Shown in pieces: positions 1 through 13,700 of a stretch of DNA of 64,000 nucleotides. The stretch lies in assembly GCA_047495785.1 (NCBI GenBank), contig JBLDXI010000042.1, positions 3,720,001 through 3,784,000 of the forward strand, in the 5' to 3' direction. This DNA is from Lepidodermella squamata (lineage: Eukaryota > Animalia > Gastrotricha). A program made the translations under genes and the position numbers. The notes below the pieces were generated by a model. That model was not told the origin of the DNA and ran no database searches. It saw only the letters and a program-made list of their open reading frames with translations. The first letter of the stretch is position 1. Each line of letters begins with the position of its first letter.

Positions 1-1714
1 TTTTTATTGTTTTAATGATAAATTTATGAGCGTAGGTAGAATTTGGACTTTGGACTAAAAATTTCACTAATAAACTTTTTTCTGAATTAATTTCCTTAGG
101 ATGCGAAACTGCCTTAATCAACAAATTAAATCCAAGTTTTATGTATAGCATCAAATAGCCGTAATTAGATGCCCCGCCTCGGAAATTTGAGAGGCCGCGG
201 CCGGCAAGGTGGGTGACCTAACTATCCACCTTATTATTATTATTATCTAGACACGCTCCCTCGATCGATGATGTGTGATGCTTGCTTGTCAACTTTTGTT
301 TCAAAACGCGTGACGTGTGATTTTTGTTTACGCGCGCGCGCACGTGAAATTGCTTCGTTTGTCTACGCTCTAATTCACACGAGCAGCCATTATTGCAACT
401 TGAAATAATCTCGGCTCGGTGTGCTTGTAGCCATATCGCTTATAGTACTTCTGGTATTCGTTAGTCCATCATTAACTGGGTTAGAAAAGTGGCAGATAAA
501 AGAATCATCCGGCCTCTTAATCTTGGCCTAATCGTTATCGTGTGTGCGAATAGTAAAAATTGCATACGAGTACTACTATAAAATAGTGTAAAAGATTTAC
601 TGAATAACGTTCACTCCGATCTTTTTCGTTCATTAAATAGGTTAAACTTATAAGGCTAAAACCACGTTTTTCCTAAACATCTCGACAGGCCCTTTCTGCT
701 GGTTTTTGATGTATCTCAGCTGTCGATAGAATTTCCCAACATAATTTCAAATAAATTATGGAAATAGGAAAAATAAGGCCCTAGTCATCTCCAATGAGAC
801 ATTTCAGTAGATTTCACAAAGTAGCAATTTTGAAATTTTTGAAAAATTAGCATTACTTTTAATTAGAATAAATAGTTGACTATTTTATTTTATTTTATTG
901 GGGTTGAAAATTAAAAAAGGGTCTTCCTTTTACCGGAACCTAATTTACGGTAAGCGGAACCAAATTTTTGAATTTTCTAGTGGCCTGAAATAACTTTACG
1001 GATATTTCTTGCGGGTCAAGATCTTGCGGGTAAAATCAGCGTCACATTTTCTACAAGATCGAGTGTTCAATGCAGAACTCATGTTTCGCCTCGAATGCGT
1101 AGAATTATTCAAAAAATGACCCATAGCATACTTGGGTTCCGCAAAATGCAAATTTAGCTCCGCTACAGAATATTTGGTTCCGCTCTAAGATATTTCGTAT
1201 AATTTCCAAAAATTTGAATTTAGGATCAATTCCAACTTATTTTAATTGGTTGACGACGATCCCAATTTTAGGAGGTCCGGGATAAAAATAGATTTTTCCA
1301 ATATTTAATGGCTATCACGTTTTTGGAATTTCTCAAAATTTCACCATTGATAAAACAATATTGAGAAAAATTGCGAAATAATTTCAGTTCCAACCGACAT
1401 CACCTCGGAAACCGCTTACCCGCGTTACCCGCGAAATTAGCCGGGATTTAATTGTATAAATATTTTGCGAGTTCAAAGATAATTCTGAGTCCAAAAAGTT
1501 GTATGCGCCTAAATTTCAATTTTAATTGGAAAAATCTTGTTTTAATAATTTTTCAGTAATAAGGCTTATAAGGCTTATTGTCGATGTCCAAATAGTTTCA
1601 GTTGGACTCAAGACCTAACATGCGTGATAAGCGTCCGAATTTCAGCAGAAATTTTAAGCTTTATCGTTTTATTTAAAATTTTTACTTCGCGATTTAGGAT
1701 TATTTTTGATAATC

Positions 1715-3964
1715 ATGTCTAGCAGTTACGAGCCGATATGGCACGCGAAATGCGAGCACATGCGAGTGCCGCGCGATTCGGTCGGCGAAACGTCGAACAT
1801 GATCGAAGCGTTCAGCGACATTTACCGCGGCGCCAAGCTGACAATCGACTGCTACCGCAACCAGGTGGCAAATAGCGACAAATCAATCACCGGCGAGTTA
1901 TGGAAAGAAACCCTGTACCACACCAGCATCAGCCCGTTCGACCTGGCTGTTCTAACTGTCATGACAATAGCCTGGACCTTTCTACGATCTTTCATGGTTA
2001 ACTGGGTGTTCATACCCTTCGCGAAATGGGTCGGCGTTTTGCCGAAAAATATCGACAAATTCGGCGAATCTGCCTGGAAATCTGTCGCGTATGGCATCAA
2101 TTGGTCGGCGGCGTTCTACGTCACCTTCTACTGCGGCTACGATTTCTTCACGAATACGTTAGGAATGTGGGCTAGCACGGGGGAGAAGGCGATGGATCTA
2201 TCGTTTTCCTACGCGTTGGAGACCAGTTTCTACCTGCATTCAGTCTATGCAACGCTGTACATGGACGCGTGGCGCAAGGATAGCATGGTGATGCTGACGC
2301 ATCACTTTGTAACACTCTGGCTTGTTGTTTGCTCGTACGTTGTTGGCAGTTTGAAAATTGGCGTGCTCATTTTCCTGCTCGACGATATTGCCGATGTTGT
2401 ACTCGAGTTTGGCAAGTGTACGATTTACTTGCGCGATCGAACGACGGGATATTCGGTTTTCTTCGCCGTACTATGCGAGGTCATGTCCGTCATGTTTGCC
2501 GTTCAATGGTAAAATTTGATAATTTTTTATTACAAAATTGTCGCTACTAATTTTTGAAGATATTTAGAGCCTCAAATTCAAAGCCTGAATTTCACATTTC
2601 CAATTATTTCTATATTTTAGAAATTTTTCCGCAATTCCCTTTTAATTCCCTAGACTTGAGGGAAAATTGTCCAAATGTTATTATTATGCCTAAAACTGAT
2701 AGAACTCAATGTTTTGCGCTAAGAGTGATCGATTTATGAGTTGAACTTTAGCCTGCAGAGCCGATATCGATTCCAAGTATCGATTTTGCAAATCAGTGAT
2801 TTTAGCGATGGAACCTCAATTTTGGGAGTTCGAATAAGATAGCCGTGATTTGACGTGTTTTTTTCATAAATTTTTGAACGATACTTAGGCAGCCAAAATT
2901 CGAAATTTGCTCAAAAATGCCTTTTCGAAATATTCGAAATTTTCATAAAATTATTAAAAATTATTAAAATTATTGAGCTCACCGATTGATCTAGTAAATT
3001 TCGAAAGATAATAGAATTTTTGGTTAGACTGATTCAATCAGTTGACCTTGAGTGAATTTTTACCGGTCGATCGGTTCATTGCGAGGAAAATTTTGTCACC
3101 AAATTGGTTGCACGCGCCTCAATTTTTTTGCAAATTGATAACTGGGCGAGATGAACCATTTCGATAGATCTCCGATATACTCATAATAAATTGAAGTACA
3201 TATCAATGGCAGCGTTGAAGTACGTCTATAAGGACGCCATGTCTTTTACATCCGACCTCCGAGTCGCCGTGCTTATTTTACAACCTTAATTACTAGCACG
3301 CGAACTGATTTAATGCGACCGCAACATGTCTCACATGACTGCGCTTCGATTGTAACACCTGTAATCAAATTTCAAGCCGCCATAGTGTGGACATAATCAA
3401 GTTAGCGTCACGCACAAATCATAATGAACTCAATAAAAAAATTGAATCGAAAAACGCAGACAATAAAAATTAAGAAAAAAATGAATGCAAAAAATCAGAT
3501 TTCCACTGGTCTAAAATTGAAATTGAGCCGCCAAAATATTTCTCACAAATGTTCAATAAATCAAGAAAATTTAAAAAATTTAAAAAAATATTCAAAAGAC
3601 GAATTTCGAGTTTGCCTTAGACCTGCTTTGACCTTGAGAATGAAACTTGATTTTTAATGCTTTAATTTTTTTCAGGGCTGTTCTGAGATTGTTCTACCAC
3701 ATCACCAAAGTGTGGCGCTCAGCGACCCTGGGCGTCTGGGTGTCCCAGCCGGTGCTGCCTTTCCCGATCCACATATTCTTCATCGCTTTCCTAGGCAGTT
3801 TATACGTCTTCTACTCGTACTGGTTCGCTTTCATCCTGAAATTTGTCTACCGCGTGCTCACCAGTAAAAGCTCAGCTGAAGATCCGCGTGAGGACGAGCT
3901 CAACAAGGAGAAAAAACAACACCACCACCACGCCGATAAGAAGGCCGTTAAAAAAGCAGACTAG
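1715..3964 (+). CDS. CERS1: Ceramide synthase (LAG1/CerS1-like, TLC domain), paralog 1; exons 1715-2508, 3676-3964
   Basis: Lag1p motif RKDSMVMLTHHFVT...SY...G...DDIADVVLEFGK; KFGESAWK; C-terminal EDPREDE and KKAD dilysine ER signal; GT-AG intron 2509-3675 rejoins Trp codon TG|G in frame. Confidence 0.9.
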
Positions 3965-4467
3965 AACAACAACTGCTCGGCGACAATTACCATTATCTTT
4001 CTATAGGATCTATCATGTACTATCATCTGTGTTCCTCAGAGTTTCTTCTGTTTCGGTAGTGGAATTTTTTGTTGCATTTTTTCTTCTTCGTTTTGTTGTG
4101 TCTACGGCGATGATTTACGAGCTGCTAAAACAACACTGACAATGAATGCGTATATGTGGCGAATTTCATTTTAAAGTTATCACTGAGATAATATAATGAT
4201 AATAATAATATATTTGCAAATGATTATTATTTTATTCGAATAAAAAAACGGAAAACATTATTTTCTAAAATTTGCTCTCATTTTTTCGAGTCTTATGTCC
4301 GCATATTTTTTTTGCGGAAAAATTGATTGAGAATGACAGGTTAATTGGGTCGCGCTTCATTGCAGTAATCTAGAATATTGGCGAGCGAATCTAGACTTTT
4401 CTACTCGGACTGACTCTGGCGTATAAAAGGCAATGTCTCTGGTAAAAATTTCGCACAATTTGAAAAA

Positions 4468-4887
4468 ATGATTTTTTACAACAAGGTTACCGCATTCATT
4501 TTGGCGATTTTTCTGCTCGTGATGGAACCCGTTGAAGCTGAAGACGAGGAGAAGTCCTTATTTTGGGCCAAAGCGAACGAGGAACTAGCCAAAAACCCAT
4601 CGGCAAGTAAGTTTGATTTTTCACAAATTGAAAATTTGAAATAAATTGAAATTCCTAAAACAGGAATTGCGCTTATGCAAGCGATAAAAGATGCTAGTTC
4701 TAAGGGCTACCACAGGCTGTTGGGGATGGTGCGTCGGCACAAGCTGCGAATGGCCAGACTACAAAAATGCCTTTCAATTCTCAACTCGATTGAAATTTGC
4801 AAAAATCGCACAGCCTTTTTTCTTTGGGCGCAAATGCTTGCGCGCGACATAATGTCCGGGCAGTATGACAATGCCTTGCACCATTAA
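4468..4887 (+). CDS. Small secreted protein of unknown function, ~120 aa; exons 4468-4606, 4664-4887
   Basis: TATAAAAG at 4422; ATG 4468; signal-peptide-like MIFYNKVTAFILAIFLLVMEPVEA; phase-1 intron GTAAGT...CAG joins in frame to ORF 4675-4887; AATAAA at ~4930. Confidence 0.7.
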
Positions 4888-4972
4888 AGATCTCTCACTC
4901 ACTGTCAATGATTATTTGCGGTTTTTCTTAATAAAGTTATTTTTTAATCGCGAAATTGGAAGAGATGTGCGA

Positions 4973-5329
4973 AATATCGCGTGTCCCAAAATAAGTTGCG
5001 CGACCATTTTTTAATTTTACATATTTTTGAAATAATTCTCAGAATTAAACCCACTGGGGGAGCCTTCCAGACTTGATCCGCAATGTTGTCAAAAAACTTG
5101 AAAAAATTTCGGAAAAAACCCGGAATCCCCGATGGTAACAGGTTCGGTAATTTTCGGTATTTTACCCGTTTAGACCAAATTTCCACGATTTTTTTATGCC
5201 ATTGACAAGCTTTTTGAGATTTTCAAAGCTTTTCAGGCCCAGAGATATGAATTTACATCTCATTTGAGATATGCTGATCTCTTTTCCGTTAATCTCCTTT
5301 GTGTCTGGGTTCCTTGAGGGACACGATAT
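4973..5329. mobile_element. Putative MITE with short imperfect TIRs (CGTGTCCC/GGGACACG); related partial copy at ~6842-7000
   Basis: Inverted CGTGTCCC ends; internal motif CCCCGATGGTAAC.GGTTCGGTAATTT(T)CGGTATTTTACCCG recurs at ~6920-6962. Confidence 0.45.
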
Positions 5330-5700
5330 TATAGCCCTTCAAAAATTCTAATATTTTCTGTCAGTGTCTAGTAGATTGACGTCAATAACCAATTTTTGCC
5401 TCTACTCCGATCCGAGGATCCGAAAATCCATACTGCATTCTGCATTATATAAGGCTTTTTCACCGTTTTCGCTCATCGGCGCGAACAATAATTGGGCGTG
5501 TTTTCTTAAGCTATATTATAGTAAACAAAATTGACCTTGGCCATTATTACCGCGGCGAAGAAGTTTGCATAGCTGAAACAGCAAATTATTCCCATACCCG
5601 GCTATAGGCAGTAATAATGATAATAATAATGCATTTCATAACATAAAAATATCCTGGTTCCATTTTGACAAATCATTTTCATTTTTATTCAATAATTCTA

Positions 5701-6774
5701 ATGTCTGATGATCTTATTCCTATTTGGCATGGAAAATGCGAGCATTTAAGGATACCAAGAAATTCAGTCGACGAAACTTGGAACATTTTCGAAGCTTTTG
5801 GCGATATTTACCACGCGAATTCGTTAACTATACAGTGCTATAACAGCCAAATAGCAAATACCAGCAAATCGATCATCGGCGAACTATGGAAAGACGCCGC
5901 GATGCATCTACGAATCTCCAAGGAAGAATTGCTCATCATTTTCATCATGACAATAGCTTGGACGCTATTTCGGTCAATCCTAGTCATTAGGTTGTTCATC
6001 CCAGTAGCTAATTCGGCTGGGATCTTGCCGAAAAATGTCGAAAAATTCGCCGAATCAGCTTGGAAATGCGTTGCTTACAGCATCAACTGGTCTGTCGCGT
6101 ATCACGTGACATTTCATCGCGGTTACGATTTTTACTACAACACGGTTGATTTGTATGGGGATGAGCAAAAGAAACCATTCGATTTATCGATTTCCTATCT
6201 ATTGGAAGGGAGCTTCTATTTTCATTCACTCTACGCTGTCCTAGTTCTGGACACGTGGCGGAAGGATAGCAGGGTCATGCTAGCTCATCATATTGTCACC
6301 CTATTCATGATCTCCCTGTCCTATATGGGTGGCTACCTCAAAACAGGAGTACTTGTCTTTCTTTTGGACGACATTGCCGATGTTATTTTAGAGGCTGGGA
6401 AATGCTTCATCTACATGCGGGAGAGGAAGAGTGGTTATTCGTATTTGTTCGCGGCTTTGAGCCAGATTTTTACTGTTATCTTCGCTCTGCAATGGATTGT
6501 CCTGAGGCTGTATCTTCATGTGACCAAGGTATGGCGGTCAATCACGCTGGGAGTTTGGGTGTCTAACCCACTTCTGCCGTTTCCTATCCACATAACTGCG
6601 AGCATCTTCATGGGAAGTCTTTACTTGTTCTACATCTACTGGTTTTCTTTCATTGTTCGATTTGTCATAAGGATTGTTACGAACAAGAAGCCAATGGAGG
6701 ACATAAGGGAGGAAGAAACTTCGAATGTACAGACAAAGAGAGGCAAGAAGGTAACACCAAGAAAACACGACTGA
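5701..6774 (+). CDS. CERS1: Ceramide synthase (LAG1/CerS1-like), paralog 2, intronless
   Basis: Single ORF; RKDSRVMLAHHIVT...DDIADVILEAGK; colinear with paralog 1; AATAAA at ~6797. Confidence 0.9.
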   Translation: MSDDLIPIWHGKCEHLRIPRNSVDETWNIFEAFGDIYHANSLTIQCYNSQIANTSKSIIGELWKDAAMHLRISKEELLIIFIMTIAWTLFRSILVIRLFIPVANSAGILPKNVEKFAESAWKCVAYSINWSVAYHVTFHRGYDFYYNTVDLYGDEQKKPFDLSISYLLEGSFYFHSLYAVLVLDTWRKDSRVMLAHHIVTLFMISLSYMGGYLKTGVLVFLLDDIADVILEAGKCFIYMRERKSGYSYLFAALSQIFTVIFALQWIVLRLYLHVTKVWRSITLGVWVSNPLLPFPIHITASIFMGSLYLFYIYWFSFIVRFVIRIVTNKKPMEDIREEETSNVQTKRGKKVTPRKHD

Positions 6775-8381
6775 GTTTTAAAAGAAAGATGAAATGAATA
6801 AAAGTTACAGATCCATCGTTGCATTTTTCGTACTATCTACTTCGTGTCCCAGAATTTTTTAAATTGGCAACTAATTTTATTAAATTAAGAATATTTTATT
6901 AAATTAAGAAAATCCGGAAAACCCCGATGGTAACTGGTTCGGTAATTTCGGTATTTTACCCGGTTGTACCTACAAAATTTTTCCGGAATTTTTTAATCCC
7001 ACTAACAAGTGACTTATTTGAATGGCATTCTCGTGATTTTTCGATTTTTTCTACAATTTTCTGGCCATGAGATGCGGCTTCGTCTCTCAGTTCAGTGTTT
7101 TTGAACCCTTTTCCGAGTATTTTGTTTGCTTGCGTTACTTATGGGGCGCGCTGTATATCTTCTGATTGGTTTGGTTGTAGCAGCGCTTAGAGCTAAATAA
7201 GTAATTGTTACACTGTTCTGGAACAGCTTAGAAACTATCGCGGCATGACAATTTGCTGCAGCTCGAACTAGAGCCGAATTGCCACTTTTGCCTGACAGTT
7301 CGCGATTTCGCTTTGACCAGCCCAAGCTGCCGAAATTGAGATTACCTTCAGTCAATTTTAGCGGTTCATTTTTAATCGCCACTCTGCACTGCTAAAGGCT
7401 GCAATTGACCTCCCTACAAGTGGTGAAAAGCTCTCCCCGCCGATAATACGGCGGAAGAGGACAACCTGTCCAAACCAACCTTGATCAAGATCACGACTAC
7501 GCGAAACATTCGAGTACTAGCTCTCTCCTCTCTAATCAAGAGTGAATTTCGAGTGCTTGCTGTTTATAACATTTTTTGTAGCGGTAAAATGCTAAAAATT
7601 TTGATGATACATATCACACTCAGCCGTGTATCTCTCGATCGTAGATCGTATAGATCGTTATCATTAACCCATTATACAGCCCAACGTGGCAGCTTTTCGG
7701 CCATCTTATATTATTTAAAAAATCCTGTAGGGTGACTAAAATCCCCGTGTGCCTAAACAGGCAAACCTCCTCGCTTGGAAATCGACTCTGTGAAACCGGA
7801 TGAAAAACCAGTATCTCGGCGGCTCACTGTAGCCCAGTTCGATGCAATTCAATAATTTCATATCGCAACATCTGGGCGCACGTTCTCGATAGCTACCAAA
7901 TACCAAATACGATAGCTATGAATTTCAGCATTACACATGCTTTGTATTGAATTGAGTTTCAGACTACTGCCAATTATTTCATTGGCTATTGAATACATAT
8001 ATACTCTCAGCTGCTGTTACTGCACGCTGTAATTTTGATACCGGAATTTACGCGCTGTTAGACTTGGATTTGGGATTTGGGTCATTAATAAAACAAGGCG
8101 TGCAAGAAACATATTCATCATGCAAACACCTGTAATATAAATTTGCAAGAATTACCCATTCGTAGCTAGGGTTTGTCCGAAACTAAGGCACGAGTACTCT
8201 GCTGTAAAAATCTGATACGCCATGTTGCAAACTACTCGCGTGCTTGCCCCATGGCCATGCTACAACCAACAACAAAGCATGTTTCATTTCCAAACTTGTT
8301 AGCAGCGTTTTCTTTAATTTTACATAATATCTTACCATATTTTCAATCCAGTATTCTTTTGACTATTAGTATTTTGAAATC

Positions 8382-10018
8382 ATGACTGAGCTAGCGCATA
8401 AAGCGGCGTTGAACATTGACACGCCAGCGCCAGATCACCGCAAGACCTGCATCATCTGCACCATTGGCCCGGCGTGCAAGAGCGAAGCTGCCCTGCTATC
8501 GATGATTAAATCTGGCATGAACATCACACGACTCAATTTCTCACACGGAACTCATGAATACCACGCTGAGACAATCAAGATCATCAAACAAGTCAATGCC
8601 AACATCTCACCACCATGGCGCCAGGTCGCGATCGCTCTGGACACAAAAGGCCCTGAAATCCGAACAGGAATTTTCAACAACGACTTCCGCGTTGAAGTTA
8701 CCCTGGCTAAAGGGGCGACTGTTAATGTCACGACAAACATGGCGTTTAAAGACCAGCAAAACGAATCAACTATCTGGGTCGATTACAGCAACATTGTGAA
8801 AATCATGTCACCGGGTCGAAAGATCTTCATCGACGACGGCTTGATCGGTCTTGTCGTTCGAGAGATTTCAGGCAGTGACACGCTAAAATGCGAGGTCGAA
8901 AATGGCGGAGTTCTCGGGAGCAAGAAAGGCGTTAATCTCCCCGGGGTCGATGTTGATCTTCCAGCTGTTTCGGAACAAGACAAACTCGACCTCAAGTTCG
9001 GAGTTGAGCAGGGCGTTGACATGATCTTCGCTTCATTCATCCGAAACGCTGCGGCTATTAACGAAATCCGATCTGTCCTGGGCGAGAAGGGCCGTGATAT
9101 CAAAATCATTGCGAAGGTCGAGAATTACGAGGGGGTTAAACGCTTCGATGAAATTCTGGCCGCTGCTGATGGGATAATGGTAGCCCGCGGTGATCTTGGC
9201 ATCGAAATTGCCTGCGAGAAGGTTTTCCTGGCTCAGAAGATGATGATAGCGAAATGCAATCTTGCTGGGAAACCGGTCATCTGCGCTACTCAAATGCTTG
9301 AATCAATGACTTACAAGCCTCGCCCGACTCGTGCTGAAGCCAGTGACGTAGCCAATGCTGTCCTCGACGGAGCTGATTGCGTCATGTTATCCGGCGAAAC
9401 TGCCAAGGGAAAATATCCGATTGAATGCGTTGCTATGATGTCATCAATTTGCCGCGAAGCTGAGTCGTCACTTTCCTATAAGAAAATGTTCGAAGACCTG
9501 CGAACCAACTCAGTTACGCCGCCGTCCTTGATTAGCGAGATGGCTGTAGCAGTTTCGATTGTCCAAGCTGCGTTTGCTGTTGATGCCAAGGCTATTATTG
9601 TCTTGACTACGACCGGCGCTTCTGCTGCTAGGATTGCTCAGTTTCGGCCGAAGTGTATCATAGTAGCTGTGACCCGCAGTCAGCAAATCGCAAGACTCCT
9701 CAATTTACACCGCGGCGTCAAGTCAAAGTACTACCCCGCTGAGGTCGCTGAGCATTGGGCCGAGGATGTCGAAAACCGGGTTTGTTGCGATACAATTTAT
9801 TTCGATGAATAGCTCATCGGAAATTGCTTTCTTTCAGGTCAATTTCGCGATCGATTACGGCAAAATGGTGAACAACGTAAAATCAGGTAAAATGTCCGCT
9901 CTTAAGGACGCTTTTATGAAAAATGATTCAATTTACAGGTGACTTCGTTGTTATTACGACAAAATGGCGCGAAGGACCTGGGCACAACAATACTATCCGA
10001 ATCCACAAGGTTGACTGA
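8382..10018 (+). CDS. PKM: Pyruvate kinase; exons 8382-9779, 9838-9886, 9939-10018
   Basis: [45 protein letters not shown] motifs; two short GT-AG introns restore the C-terminus VNFAIDYGK...[22 protein letters not shown]. Confidence 0.96.
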
Positions 10019-10707
10019 GAAATTAATCTTAATACTTCGCCACGGATTTCGAAGACCTGATGTTATGTTCTGTTATATGATGGTAACACTGTTTTATGTT
10101 CTTTTCTATTGCAAATTTTGGATGCTTAATAAATTTTGAGTTGAATTTGACCATTAACAAGTGAAACGTTGGGGTTTGCAAAATGTCTGACATTGTGAGA
10201 TTTTGATGCCGCTTTCAAGATCAATTAACGAGGAGTCGAACGATATCAAAACGAGGTTGTTAGTCATCAGGGTTGCAGAGGAAATGGCCTTCAAAGTTTA
10301 CGGGTGAAAAATGCGCGCTTAAAAGATTGAGTTTTTTATTGCATCAATTAATAAGGACGAAGCTATTCGGACACAGCGAAATGTGTGTCACGCAATGGCT
10401 ATTCGAACACATTGTGTGCGCGCTTTTGGCTACTTGAACACACTGTGTATGCGTGATTGGCTACTTGAACACAGCGGTGTTTGCGCGGAAACGGCTATTT
10501 GAACACAGCGGTGTTTGCGTGGAAACGGCTATTTGAACACACACCGCGCCGCGCTGTAATTCCGCTAATAAGGCAATGATTATAGGTGATTATTGACCGG
10601 TAATTAAGGCGGATGTGATGAGTAACAACGCAGAATAAAAAGGGGGCGCCTGGGTTAGTTCGGTTTTTACTTTTCAAACTGAATCAGCTACTGACAATTC
10701 TACTGAA

Positions 10708-13700
10708 ATGTCTACTGAATCAGCTGAGCTAAGTATAAAGCCAGGAGATGTTTTTCCGTCCCGAGATTACATCGTGGACAATTGGTTACCCCGGTTTCGG
10801 GACCAAACTTTGGAGCCGTTCATCAGCCGTGGCACTGACAAGTCTGTTCTGCGTCTCATTTGTACTCATGGCTATAAACGCAAGGCGCAAATCACCAATG
10901 GCGAGCGTCCGAATCAAAATTTGGCTTACTTGGCTTGTCCGGCAAAAATCACCGGCACTGCGACGAAGGACGGGCATATGAAAATCAACCAAGTCGTGCG
11001 CTGCCATAGCCACGACATCTCGGAGGAGCGGTACGCCACCTACTGTTTCAACCGAAAACTCGACGAGGCGAAGAAGGCTGAGATCCTGTCCCATTTGAAG
11101 AACAACGCGAAAGCGTTGACAATCGCCCATCATGTGAGCAATGAAACCAACAAGCTCATCACCGCCAAGCAAATTCACAATTTAGCCCAGGTAAATGAGC
11201 CTAATGCCTCTCCGAATTTCGCTAATTACGCCGTTTTGTTACAGAAACACCGCATCAGCCCTGACGAAAGCAGACGTGTTCTGGACGAGACACTGGCAGC
11301 TGTGCAGGAGGGCGACGGCATCGTGCGCACCACCCGTGACGCGAACGGTAACGTCGACGTGCTCTTCATTGCGACACCGTCGATGATTAACGACATGAAC
11401 AAGCTCAAGCCGAACACCATCTTACTTGATACGACTTTTAAGACGAATGTCGAAAAGTAAAAGCTGTGTACGTTTGTTTACGTCTGTCCTCTCACTGGCG
11501 GCACTCGAGTCGCAGGCGTGTCTCTCCTAGCTGACGAATGCTCGCAAAATGTCAAGTCCATGCTGCAAGAGTTCAACAATTTGTATGGCGCTGGGCCGTG
11601 GTTTTTTATCGTTGACAAAGACTTTGATCAAATTGACATACTCCGCGAAATTTTTCCGGACTGTATCATTTTGCTGTGCATTTTCCACGCCTTGAAGTAT
11701 ATGAGAAACGTCATCGCTACGATTCGAAACAATGAAGTCAACGACCTGCAGCAATTCAAGTGCGAAGTGTTCGACGGTTTCAAGGCGATGGTCGGTTCTA
11801 AGCGCGAGGAGTTTTTTGAAACGGCCGTCGGCAGTTGGCGTGCGCTGGTTCAACCGCACGTCACCGTGAAAATCGTGCGCACGGCTGAGCAGCCGCTGGC
11901 CGATTACTTCGAGCGCAACTGGCTTAATTGCGTCGAAATGTGGGCCCTTTTCGCCCGCCGCACGCCGCAGTTACCCGATCATGCTCACTAACACGACTGG
12001 GCGCGTTGAACGATTTTTCGGCTCGTTGAAGGAAGAAATGTGCGCCGGTTTCTCAACCAAGCCACCGATGCCAGTTTTCATTCCGTTTCTGATTTCGTTT
12101 ATCGAGCGCCGCCGGGCCGAGAAAACCGTTGTGAAGCGCGCTGTTCGCCGAGGTGACCAGTTTGAACAATTGCTCGATAAAGCATCTTACGAAATTTCAT
12201 CGTAAGTTATTTTCAGAATTTGTAGAAAAAATTGTAAAATTTCTGTTTTTTAGCTATGCCCTGGCGGAATTTCACGGCTCATTGAAGCGATCCGTTACTC
12301 GTTCAATGGCTTTGGTTCACGGCGTTGGTGTTCGTGAAAAGTTCGAAAATGGCGATCAGGCAGACTATAATACCACGCCGAGCAAGTGCTCCTGCACGTT
12401 CTACATGAGCATGGCCTTGCCGTGTCATCACATCTTGTTCTTACGATCGAAGCACGACGAGCCGTTGTTTGACAAGATGCTGTTCCACAGCAAGTATTTC
12501 AATGATTTTATTCGCCCGGTCAACGGTGGCGAGCCAGTCAATGCTAACTTTCGTCCGGTTGAGGCCGATTTCGACGCAGAATTCGCGGCCTACAGATTCA
12601 CCGAGACAACTTTCAAGCCGAGAGCAGGGCGCAGACCGGCTGATAACGCCGGTCGTTATCGAAAAATGTCACAGCTGACCCTGGTTATTGCTGACCTCGC
12701 CTCGCAACACCCAAATCGTGTCTTCGACCGATACTATTCGCAATTGGAAAAGTTGGCTGATTTGATTCGAGCCCAGAAAAATTTCGAAATTGTTGTGAAG
12801 GTAATGACGTCTTGTTTTATTGCTTGTTTGCAAGTGGACTAAACTGAAAATTTGTTAGGACCTTCCGGTGGGTGATGAAGAAGCGACGCCTCGTCAGCCG
12901 GGCGAGCAGCAGCAGCAGCAGCAGCAGCCGGGCGAGCAGCAGCAGCAGCAGCAGCAGCCGGGCGAGCAGCAGCAGCAGCAGCCGGGCGATCAGCAGCAGC
13001 AGCAGCCGGGCGATCAGCAGCAGGCACCGGGTGACAACAACATCAACAACACGCCGACACAGTCACCGGTGGAACCCGCCGCCTTTGAGGCGCCCGCTGA
13101 CGCTCATTCGTCACTTCCGGGACCAATCACCGACGAGCTCGGCTTGCGCGAGCAGGATTACCTCGTGCTGCGCACTGACACCTACCTGGGCGACGAGCAC
13201 ATGCACGCGGCGAACAAGTTGTTCAACATGATGCGGGCCGAGGGCGTTGATGCTGCTACGCCGCTGTTGTCACAACTGCAGTTTCCGCCTACCACTGCAG
13301 AAACCGTTCAACTACATCATTGCGGGTCGGACCACTGGGTCGCCACTACGACGATAACCGTCGGCAAACTTCCGGCTGGTGTCAAACTGATGAACAGCCT
13401 GATCGGGCCGTTATCCGAATCGCTGAAAGTTCAAATCGCCCAAAGATACGCCGCGCATGCTGTTGACGGCGCCATCAGCGTCCACGTCTTGCCGGTGCCT
13501 CAGCAATCGAATGGCTTTGATTGCGGCGTTTACGCCATTGCGTATTGTGTCGAAATTTTGACGGGTAATGACCCGTCTCGAGTGGTCTTCGACCCGGCCG
13601 CCATGCGTCACCACCTCTTGCAGTGTTTCAACGATCGCCAGCTCAGCCGGTTTCCGTCCAAGCCGAAGAAAGGAAAAAGTGCAGCAATCAAAGTCGAACT

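Noticed and set aside
9600-10018. Altered allosteric (FBP) site in pyruvate kinase ([15 protein letters not shown])
   Set aside because: Within plausible invertebrate variation; cannot be judged from sequence alone
10355-10545. ~30-bp regularly spaced repeats resembling a CRISPR array
   Set aside because: Eukaryotic context; no unique spacers; mirrored at 13930-14065 as the TIR of a MULE with a 9-bp TSD
11455-11990. Programmed read-through or frameshift in the transposase
   Set aside because: TAA replaces an expected Tyr codon and the shift is one extra C in a C run; simple decay or sequence error is more parsimonious
12839-13231. Poly-Ala and poly-Ser ORFs
   Set aside because: Alternative frames of the CAG repeat
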